From Aplysia californica (lineage: Eukaryota): a stretch of 64,000 bases of DNA. The stretch spans positions 2,430-66,429 of the forward strand of contig NW_004797400.1 in assembly GCF_000002075.1 (NCBI RefSeq), given 5' to 3'. Position 1 is the stretch's first letter. The number at the start of each line of letters is the position of its first letter. The notes beneath the pieces are model-generated. The model searched no databases, had not been told where the DNA came from, and saw nothing but the letters and a program-made list of their open reading frames with translations. This document shows positions 12,031-22,900 of this stretch, one piece after another. The position numbers were made by a program, and so were the translations under genes.

Positions 12031-15000
12031 CTGAAAACACAAAAAAACATAACATAAAAAGACAGCCAAATCTCTGGAATCAGTAATTACTACTACTACT
12101 ACACAGTATACATTGCTGAAAGTTTCGTCAAAGCCCTAGCCCTATTTGATCGTTTAATTCAGTTGAGGGAGGCCAGATTTTCTTTCAAGAGCTAGATGGG
12201 TAAAAAGCTACCATCGGGGCACAATTTGATAAAATCGCCAAAATTAAATGCATTTGATTTTATAGGTAATGTCAATTCCAGTTTTGTTCATTGCTAGGTT
12301 ATATCTTTTTTCCTTGCACTTGGAATGCCATAATTAGCCCTATTGGACTTACAGGTCAAATTTGACAAAGCAAAGCACAGGTCTATTTGATTAGAAGTGT
12401 GCAATAGCCAAAGTCATTACCTGAGCTGACCGATCCAAACTGCATTTGACTGACGGGTATCCCTTTTAGCTATTAATTAATAAATAGGCTTTCAAATCAG
12501 TCAAGTTGAGTGAATTCTGCTTCTGACATCATAACTGAATGGACCTGACAGGTAACTTGCTTCCTTTAAAGTCTCAAAATTTGTTCCCCATTCAAAGATT
12601 AATACTTTAACTCTTATGTTAATTAAGAGGCTAAAAATTTCATTTTCATCAACACAAATATATACCAACAAGTAACAAGTAACACAACAGTTGAGATGAA
12701 ATACACTTACTCTTTTGTATGAAGCCGCCTGTTCATCTTTCGCATCTCTCGCTGTGACCTTTCCGGATCAAAGTCAACCATAAAAGTTCCATGCTGGTCA
12801 AGACTCAACTTTTTCAGTTCTAATGTCTGCAAAGAAAAAGACAACAAACTCAATAAACATTTCTCTACTTCAGGTTAACACATATCATAGCTATTATAAA
12901 TTTACATTAACTTTCAATGCGGGAAAAAAAATTGTTGGAGAAACTCAAATGTGTTTCCAACCTAAATACTGTCAAAACAAGGAATTGCAGAGTTGCCGAC
13001 AATGATACTTCTGTATTGTGTAATATTTATTATATTATGATTAGATATTGAATATTATTTTTTTCTGTACTTTCTTGTTTTGCTGGTGACATTTCTATGT
13101 GAAAAACTTATGAAATTATATTATATTTTCTGCCCTACTGCGAAAATACCATCCTGAGCACTAAGGTCACAACCTGTACTCAAGGGCCTTAAAACGCACA
13201 CTGCTCTGTATTGGAAAATGATAACAAAAAAACCTGACTTTCACTATGTGATAAAAAATATTTTCAAACTATTTTCAGTAATATCCATAACTTGGCAAGC
13301 AGGACACCCCCCCCCCCCCCCCCCACCAAAAACAAACAAAACCAGAGAGGGGGTTTAAGTAAAGTTTTTGGTGAGTTGCAAAGCAGCAGCAGCCACATGC
13401 AAAGTCTTAAAACGTCAACAAAATCCTCCCAGAGTGAGATCAAAACAAGGTACAGAAAACAAGTAGTCTAAATTGTCCAAGACAGCCACCTACTGTTGAG
13501 GATTAAAGTGGTTGTCTTATGTAATAGTAAGTAGGTGGACATCTTGGGAAAGACTGATAATAATGAAGAAAACAAATCATTCCCTTCTGAGGTCCCAACC
13601 AGGGGCAGTTGCAAGAGTAGAAAATTGTAGTGAAACCCATTAAATGTTTGTTTTTCTTTCTTTTGAAAGTAGGACAGAACGGGAGATTTCATTGCTGCTG
13701 TGAGTATTAAAGTCTACAAAGTATTCAGTAGAATATAGATCAAGGAACACAAAGAGAAAGAGTAAAACAAAACGAAATGTGTCAGCCAGACGTGGAAGGC
13801 CAAGTACAGTGGAAAAACAAATAAAAGGGTCATTATTGGTGGCTACCACTGGGCAAATTTATAATGAGGAACATGTCTGTTGCAAGTTCATGTTGACAGC
13901 CATTGTTATCAACTAGGTAAAAATAAGTAATCTAACTTACAATTCGAGTGTGGTCGGAGGATAATTCAGTTTGTGGGAGGGGCTAATGGATAATGACAGT
14001 TCACATGCCTCACTCATCAACTGCTTATAATTTGTTATTAACCTGTCAACATGTAAACAGTGGGAGGGACCAAGTCCAATTACCTGATGCTGGTCAGCGA
14101 GCAGTTCAAGGGGTTAGCTAACAGTAATGACAGGTGAATTGATTATATATGACGTTTTGTCCACAACATCAGGAACTGAATATGATTTATGACAACACAG
14201 AGATACATGTATCTGCCTGGCTATCATGGATCGAAGTGGCTATTATTTAGCCTCCCATGGCTATTCGGACTCAAACTCCAATGCGCGTTTGGGGGAAAAC
14301 CTTTTTTTGAGCAAACAGCTTCACCCTTTGTTGCTATTTATTGGTTCTGTACTGGAAAATTTTACTATTGAATAGTCTGACCAATCAAAATTAAGAAAAA
14401 AATAAGCCTAGGGTCAAGGCACTGCATGCCCTAAAAATAATCGTGGGTTCTGTTAGGGATAACAATTAAAAACATGTTTTTTTGTGTTGTAAACAAATGC
14501 CAATTCTAACATTACAATGACAAACTATTATTATTATACTAACATTATTTCATTTAAACAGCTTTCAGTAAGGCCATTATTTTTAAAACATACACACTAC
14601 TCTGGCAAGTGAATTCCTTTCTGAATTTAGAATACACTTGTCTAGGGTTTTGGTGAAGATATGCGTGCATACTCTCAAGATTTAAAATAATGAAACAATA
14701 ACAATCCCCACGGGAGCCTAAAAAAATCGGCCAGCACTCACGAACGTTCACTCTTACATGCACAAATTATTTTCTATCATATATTATATCCTATTAGCCT
14801 ACCCATTCTCAACACCCAGGTAGGCCTAAGAATAAAAATTCATTGCATTCTCAGACCGGGTGAGAATAACGGCAGCCATAAAAAAAAGACGCAAAGGAGG
14901 GGGGTGGGGTTGGGAAGTGGTCGCTTAGGTAGTTGTCTTCGACAGGTGGCCATCTGGTTAGATTCGACAGCATGTGAAAACTGATACCCAGCCGCATAGT

Positions 15001-15605
15001 ATGTAGAGTAGAAAATAATATGTTGATCTTGTAGTTCCTTTCGTTAAAGTCCACGATCCATTTGTTTACATCCAGAGAAGAAATCCAGAAGTCTTGATGA
15101 CCAAATACTATTTGAAATAAGGCAACACAAAGAGCAGGGATGCAAAACCTAACATCAAATTAGGATAAAATTCAGGGGGGCATGCCCCCCTGAAACCCCC
15201 CCCCCTATTTTTATTAGGTCAGGGGGGCTCTGAAAAACCCCTACTCTTGACTTTAACTTTAACGAACAAAACTACAAAATCGGCGAAAATATCACTGCAC
15301 ACACTTCAATGTCCGGGGATACTTACATCCTCACTTCCTTCTCCTGCTGGTGTTGTAACGGACTTTTGGGTAGACGTCTCTGACTGTGAATCGGGCTCAG
15401 TTTGTCCTTGTGCAGTAGTCTCTTTTTCTTCGGTACCACAGGTCCTGTTTCCCAAGGTTGATGAATTCTGAGCACCCAAACTTCCAAATGATGATTTGCT
15501 ATTGTTTTCATTTTCATTACTGACATGATTACAATCATTGCTGGAGTTGGAGTCACTGATTTCTAGTACTGGTGGGGAACTTGACCGAGATAACATGGAC
15601 GTCAT
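11811..15605 (-). CDS. ARL14EP: ARL14 effector protein-like (ARF7EP_C Cys-rich domain); 3 coding exons, ~204 aa
   Basis: Exons 15605-15327, 12826-12711 and 12030-11811 join in frame with GT-AG introns. The C-terminal region FMVDFDPERSQREMRK...YDSQG.LL....[35 protein letters not shown] matches the ARL14EP family pattern. Orthology (ARL14EP vs ARL14EPL) is not resolved. Confidence 0.9.
12711..12826 (-). CDS. ARL14EP: ARL14EP-like coding exon 2
   Basis: TLELKKLSLDQHGTFMVDFDPERSQREMRKMNRRLHTK; ctttttctttgcag acceptor, gtaag donor. Confidence 0.9.
15022..15290 (+). repeat. ~270 bp direct repeat, copy 1 (copy 2 at 16684-16953)
   Basis: Near-identical gatcttgtagttcc.ttcgttaaagtccacgatccatttgtttacatccagagaagaaatccagaagtcttga... 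Confidence 0.9.
15327..15605 (-). CDS. ARL14EP: ARL14EP-like coding exon 1 (Ser/Thr/acidic, probably disordered)
   Basis: ATG at 15605; GAG GAT|gtaagt donor in phase 0, matching the next exon. Confidence 0.75.
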
Positions 15606-16430
15606 GATTAGCCTGGGATCTCTTGATTCGAACTTGGAAACTTGGATGCACCCTCCAATGAATAGTACTATGATGACAATGTCACAATGCCATTATGATT
15701 GTTGATTATTTTCGGATCATTAAAAAAGGCATCGACTCGACTCACTGGATCACACCCAGTAATATAAATATGAAGCACAATTATAACACTTGCTGCTTGC
15801 CATTCATAATCTTGATCTGGTCGTTCCACTGTTTATTGTTGATGTTTGTTTAGGGTTTGTTTTTTTTTTCTTTGAAAGAGACGAGACGGATCTCATTCTC
15901 AAAGCTCCATGGCACTGAAAGAAAACTGAAAACTAAAACGAAACTTGGTCAATGGTCATTACTCCGTCAAAGATAACGTGGATTGAGCATTATTGTTTAT
16001 GAAGTGCATCACGGTGAGTCAAGCGAGTTTAAAAAGGGGTAACTCTATGGCAGAGACCAATATAAAGAAGCATTGAAGTACACATTTTATATTTTTTTGT
16101 TCGAAACAAATAGGAGACAGTTGTAACTTATTTCATAAAATTGCACTCTTTGTATATATATTTTTTTCTCAAAAGAAGTCAAAATTTGTTAAGTGCAAGA
16201 GCCGAATAAAAATGTTGGTTCTGAGGTAAGAGTAGCCACATTTTCTTAAAAATTATAATCGGCTCAGAAACAGCGGTTCTAGCGAACTACGAAACTCAGA
16301 ATTTCCCCTTAGGTTAGCAGACAAGACTCGACTCTTTTGGTGTTGGTGCTTTCTTGTCGCCTTCCTTATGGCTGAAGACTTTTATTATTGTGAAATGAAG
16401 ATGACATACATGCTGTTCTTTTGTAGCAGG
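15606..16430. promoter_or_regulatory. Probable bidirectional promoter region shared by ARL14EP-like and GTPBP3
   Basis: Divergent gene arrangement. GTPBP3 has an acceptor before its ATG, so it needs an upstream exon (candidate donors near 16225 and 16430). Loose ZNF143/SBS-like motif AACTACGAAACTCAGAAT at 16285-16302. Confidence 0.45.
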
Positions 16431-16848
16431 TACTTATTCCATTCACGGTGAGATGAGGGAAACTTATGTCAGTCTATGTGAAGTGTCTTTCCCAGTCCCA
16501 AGGACCCAAGAAAATCAAAAAGCCTCACTCAGCCTTTATCAGGCCTTGAACTCTACCTTCTCTAGATCTAGATTTCTAGATCTAATCTAGATCTAGATCT
16601 AGATATCTATTAAGCTAAGGCAGGAAGGTCATCTCAAACTGTTGACTGTTGGTCTATTACTATTAGAATAAATTTAGATTCGGTGATCTTGTAGTTCCGT
16701 TCGTTAAAGTCCACGATCCATTTGTTTACATCCAGAGAAGAAATCCAGAAGTCTTGAAGACCAAATACTATTTGAATTAGGCTACACAAAGAGCAGGGAT
16801 GCAACCTATCTGCAAAACATCAAATTAGGATAAAATATTTTTTTAGGT

Positions 16849-16885
<37 letters not shown>

Positions 16886-17269
16886 AGGCGCCCCCCCCCC
16901 CCCCCCCTGAAACCCCCCTACTCTTGACTTTAACGAACGAAACTACAAAATCGCCTTAGATTCTACTCCTACGGTATTAGATGTAGATCTAGATCTTTAT
17001 TATCATATTCCTCTACTCCAGCAGTACTACGGCACGGTCTAGCTAGGTCAAGATCTGGGCAGGGGCCCTATATTGCCTCTATAATGCCTATATATTATAT
17101 TATACTATAGTATAGTTTGTCTCAGTAAGATTGAACTTTGTTGGGCCCAACAGTGCCAACACTGAACGAAACCAGAAATTCTTTTGAGCGTCGCTGTGCA
17201 ATGGTCCGCTCTAATGTTATAGTTACTGTTTTGTATTTATCATAGATGATAGATCTATTGGTCTTTTAA

Positions 17270-18004
17270 CCCTATCTGTACGTCGTGTTTTACTGTGGTA
17301 TCCATACGACGTGGGGAACTCTGCCACCATTTTCCAAAGAGGAAATTTACTCGTTTTATCCAATCCGTACGCTTTGCATCAATAGCATTTTTATTACCAG
17401 TCTGTCAAAATGATTTTTTTGAGAAATGCTGAAATGTTCTTTCACGCGGTATAATATTTTTGGCATTTGATGTTTAAATAGAAAGCCTTTAAAAATAACG
17501 TCAAAATTTTCCAAGATAATTTTTACACAGAATATGTAAAATACCGGCTTAAAAAAGGTACCAATAGAAAGATAAGTTTATTTCCTATTAGAATAAAAGT
17601 AATCAGCTTGGAATTATTTTGCATCCAATCCTTCCATGAAACTCGGAAGTCATGTGACCCCCCACGCAGGGAGCTCTCGGTACGCTACGGTACAGAGCCG
17701 ACTCGCTTGCCGCGGGGACCGCTGCGGCGCCGGCCTGGTCGACGCTTGGTGTTTTTGTCAAAATAACAACTGATCATCGCGTTTGAGTTAATAAAATACT
17801 GATTTGTAATGATCTCAGTCTTGAAAAAAAATTAGAGTCAAGTCCATATATATCTTATTGTGGTTGTACTCTGTTAATGTGGAGATGTTTAGTGCACGTG
17901 GTACTCTTTTATTATCTGTCAAACATGGGGTTGCAGCCAGTGACCGACTACAAATTTGATCAAATTTTAAACAACTGCCATTTTCTTAGAAATTGACTGA
18001 GAGG
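17270..18004. mobile_element. piggyBac-like non-autonomous element
   Basis: TTAA at 17266-17269 and 18005-18008, CCCT.../...GAGG ends; inverted second copy starting at 25320. Confidence 0.75.
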
Positions 18005-18104
18005 TTAAAGAATTGTACCAAAATGCTCAAGGGATTATGCCTTTCATATATATGGAACAGATAAATTTGGCATACAGCTATTTGAAAATTTAGTTTCTGG
18101 TACC

Positions 18105-19120
18105 TACTTCATACCAGCCACTCCTGGACAAAGGCCAGGGTGTTCCAGCTTCAGTGAACCTCTCTCCCCATCCAACCATCCCAACTTATTTGTGAATTTG
18201 TTGACTCTTTCGTTGCCTTTCACTCCTGAATGGCTAGGGCAGAAGATCCAGATCACTCTCTCCAGGCATCTTCCTTTGATGAAATAAATTGTTGCTTTCA
18301 CTCCCGCATGCAGGTGTACTGTTTTTGAGGGTCAAACCACCATATTTTTGGCAACAGAACACATGCTCATGGCCACTTAAAACTTAAACCGTCGCCGATC
18401 AATTGTTCGACAGTTGTCAAGAAAAGCATGCCTCCCTGAATCCGAGACTTTTTTCCCCTCAGGGAGCATGCCCACCTGGAATCCCTCAGTGTTTTAAAAC
18501 CACTAGGAAATACTACTACACCTTAGCTTAGTGTACCACAGCTTCAATTTAAACCATCAAATATATTAAAATCTAGAAATTTGCAACAGAAAATTAATAA
18601 ATTAGGGTGTAAAGCAAATAAAAATGTACGAGAAAAGTGCTAGATAACACCTGAGCATGAGAAGGGAGTGAAAGTAAAATAATATACCTTTTCATGGTTT
18701 TAAGCCTGTCTGTGTGTACAGCGTTCTCCTCTAAATTTTCCACTAAGTGTTCTTGGAGTCTTCACTTGGTAACATTGATGGCGTGCTGATATCTGTTGTT
18801 CCTGACCCAGAGCGTGGCCTTGCTTTTATCACTTTTATCTCCATATACATCCTGGATGTTGTCAGTGTGGTGGTTCCAGCTTGTTATTCCATGATTTTGC
18901 CATCCACTGTAGCAAGCATTTAAGGCTCAGTCTGCCTTCTCTTCCCTTACAACAGATCCACCTGTGAAGATGACTGTCTCCTTAATCCCATCACTCTTCA
19001 ATGAGGCTTGCGGTTTCCACATTTGTTGCTCCAACGGGCGATTCATAGCCTGTATCATCCCAGTTGGTCCGATTCATAAAGTAGAATGGAAAGCCCTTCC
19101 AAGTCTCACCCAATTAATTG
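18105..19120 (-). mobile_element. Ingi/I-clade LINE remnant (RNase H domain), interrupted
   Basis: Minus-strand fragments ETVIFTGGSV (IxTDGS), TTSRMYMEIK and WIFCPSHSGVKGNERV (WxPGHxGxxGNExAD), with frameshifts. Confidence 0.7.
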
Positions 19121-19600
19121 TTGACGAATTGTAGAGTATATATTGGCTTTTAAGTTTTATTGTTTTCTGGTCATAAGTTTACTGTTTTGCTTATTTTGTG
19201 ATGAATGCGCACCGAAGCATAATTTTTATTATCACTTTTTATTTTTTTAAATATTGTCTATGAGTATTTTTCAAGTACTTACTGTCTCTTAACAATTTTT
19301 GTGATCCTTTAATGATTCTTTCATGCATGCTTTATTTTTGCTTTTGTTGTAAGAATCTTTTGTGATTGCTATTTTCACATGGGTAGAGATTTTCCTTTTC
19401 CCTTCATAGTCTTGCTTGTTTCTTTTTTTATTTCCAGAGATTGCTGATTAGCTTGAATATGGGAACAGAACTTTGAATTCCAGCTGTGACTACAATAGAT
19501 TTTTAACCTGAATAGTTTCAACAATTCTGGTTCTGTGACTGATTTATCCCTTCACTTTTTCTGCGCACAGAGTCCTGTTCAAATTTACAATAGTCTAACG

Positions 19601-19919
19601 ATGTTTGCAAGACTTAATGTTCTCCGACAGTATTGCCTTTTGAGTGGAAGAACAGCAAATTTCTTTCAATGGACAAAAGATTCTACCCAGATCAAGTATT
19701 TTTTTTCATCAAGTGTTCCTCACAGTACAATTTTTGCCCTGTCCTCTGGTGCAGGCAAGTGTGGAGTAGCAGTCATTCGACTTTCTGGGTCAAAGTCAAG
19801 TTATGCTCTGAAGCAGTTATGTGGGAAAGTGACCAAACCAAGGACTGCCAGCCTGTGTAAACTTATGAACCCACAGACACAAGAACTTCTTGATAGAGCA
19901 CTGGTGCTTTGGTTTCCAG
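19601..19919 (+). CDS. GTPBP3: GTPBP3 coding exon 1
   Basis: Acceptor cacag ends 19570, ATG at 19601, [22 protein letters not shown]...VLWFP, donor gtgagt at 19920. Confidence 0.93.
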
Positions 19920-22900
19920 GTGAGTTTGAGTTCTTGTAGTATTGCAGCATTAGAAGATTAGTGCATAAGATGAAAGTGGTTGTTTAGGCTATGCCTGTAA
20001 TTTAAAATTTGGTTTTGTCCATAAAGTGTTCTCATATCTGCATCTATTGGGAATTGCATGGCTGTGAAGTTCCTACAAAAGCAATTGCAAGTCAAATATA
20101 TACATGCTCTTTTCTTTACAGCTTTGAATGTGCTAATTATTGTACTGACTCAGCCCCAACTGAAATCATACTCCATTCCTTTTTCCTTTTGGACAAGCAC
20201 ATGTTTTGTGAACTGCAACATGTTCACATTTTTTTCTACTGTTTAGAGAGGTTTGGTGGGTGGTTGGAAGGTGCTCTGGTGTGGTTTGCTCCTTCTTTCC
20301 TATCAAACGTCTATCGTCCTTATCTTTCCTCTTTCTTTTTTGTGTTTGTTACTTCCTTGTAACACCACTAATCTTCGACACTTATATGACGTAAAAAACT
20401 CTTACGGAGAAAAAAAAAGAGAGAGGTTTGGGATGTACGCTTATGGACTTGCTTTTATCAAGAGAAGAGTAAAGAATTTTTTACTCTGTGAGTGTCAAGG
20501 ACTTAAATACATTTTGTTGATCTATGTATTAGCCGTGTTGGAAAATTATTAATTACTAAATAAATTGAATTTGTGTCTCACTTCTCTAGTTTCTATCTTA
20601 TAACTTTTTGTGATTTGCTGAAACTATTTTGTGTCTTGTCATGCAATACGTGTCATTAAGATTCGTTTTTAAAGTTCTTTTTGTAGGCCTATTGTTTAAA
20701 ATGGTTTTGGGGATTTTCAAATTTTCTAGGGCCAAAAAGTTTCACTGGTGAGGACTGTGCTGAATTGCATATTCATGGAGGACCTGCTGTTGTGTCAGCT
20801 GTCTTGACAGCCCTGGGATCTCTTTCTGGTCTCACACCCGCTCTACCTGGAGAGTTCTCAAAAAGGTTTTTATTTCATATGCAGTTCTATGACCCCCTCA
20901 GCTGCAACAACTACAAATGAGCAAGGTTAAAGATACTATTGTTATTTTAAAGTATCATAACCTGACATGTTTTTTGATACACAATTGGTCCAGCCAAAGA
21001 TTAACAGAAAACCTCAAAACATTAATGAACCTTTTACATTATGGCGACATGGACATGTGTGTAAAGATTTTTATGTTTGTCGTCTTGCAGGATCAATCTC
21101 ACACTCTTTTACGCTGCAACACAACTTGTTTTATATTTCTAGAAATTATCATATTTAACTTGCTAGAGGTATTTTATTTATGTAACTATTGATTTACATT
21201 CTGTGCTGTTCCTTTAACTTGTAAACAGATTATAACACAAGTAACTGAAGTGTATGGCAATTATTTATTTTTCAGAGCTTTTGCAAATGGAAAGTTGGAT
21301 TTGACCGAGGTTGAGGGCCTTGGCGACTTGATTCATGCTGAAACAGAAGCTCAAAGGAAGCAAGCTCTGAGGCAAATGGAAGGGGATTTGAATCAACTTT
21401 ACACAGGATGGAGGACTGGTTTGATTAAGGTAGACTTCCTTTTTACAAATTGACATATGGAGATTTAGTAAACATTTTCTTGATGAGTGGGGGTAGCGGA
21501 GAGGGAAGGAGGGAGATGATCGATTAGATTGCTTTGATTACTTTAACAAATGTCATAGGTGAGAGCCAGTGGTCGGATAACACCTATGTTACTCTTGAGG
21601 ACTTTAAGGCACTTTCTCTTTCAGCTAAACTACCAGTTGATTTTTACACTATTTTATCCAACTGGAGGTAAAAAAAAATTGCCTTTGAAAGGAGAAAACC
21701 TGAGCACTGTTTTGATTCCTCTTATGCAGGTTTCATGGGCATTTAACTTTTTGTCACTTGGTTTAAAATAAGTAAAAAATGTTTTTTGCTATTATGAATA
21801 TCATTTGAGACTTATCAGTAAAATTTTTAGTAGAAATTATTACAAACTTCTTCTGATTTATTTTATTCTGTACAGAGTCTTGCAAATGTTGAAGCCTTCA
21901 TTGATTTCAGTGAGGAAGAAAATATTGAAGATGACGTTATAGAATTAGGTATGTTGAATGTTTTTACATCTCTTGAAATGTGCTACTTCGAGATAAAATT
22001 TAATGTAAAAATTCTTTGTTACTGTTGTGGCCCTTTTGTGTATCGATGTATTTGTTATTATGAAAGAAAGCATAGTGTTCAAGTTTCGAAGTAGCAGAAA
22101 ATAGAAATAGAGATTAAATAGAGATAAAGAGACGTCTCGTTTTGAGAAATCCGTGTCCAGTGTTTAAAAGTTCAAGCTTAGCTTGCTTCAGTGTGTTTTT
22201 GAAGATTGGAGTTTAGAAGAGCTTGCTATGAAAACATCAGCAAATCTGAATCAGTTGACTCACTGGAGAGCAAAGCTTCAAGTAAATCTTACGGAGCTGA
22301 AAGAGACTGAAAACTCAGAAGCTCAGGTTTTGTACCCTGATGCCTCCACTCCAATATCTTTGATACATGGATTGGATACAGCGTAAAACCATTGGTGGAA
22401 TATCCACACTCTTGAACCAGGGAGATGGGTTAATCTAGCAAAATTAGCCTTTTTATGTTGGATAACATGTGTACATTTTGTGCAGAATTAAACTAGGTGT
22501 TATTAAATGTAGAAATTTAGAAAGCCAGTTTTTCTATTTAAAAAATTACACTTCTGTTTTTTGCAAGTATTGATGGCTTTTTAAAAAACAATTTAATTTA
22601 TTCTTTTGTGTTAAAAAATCATCTTTTCAGTGACAACATCTGTGATGAAGATCCAAACAGAGATGGAAGCACATCTAAGAGACAGTCGTAAAGGAGAGAG
22701 ACTTCGAGATGGTGTCCATGCTGTCATTCTGGGGGAGCCCAATGTTGGAAAAAGCAGCCTGCTCAATTTCCTGTGTAAGTTACATTGCAGCACTCAGTTG
22801 AAACTGAAATGCTACATCCGTGTATAAATTTATTCATGGAACAATGCACCTCAAATATCAGTTCACTTATTTGCTTGTAGAAGTCCTGAAATCTGTGAAC

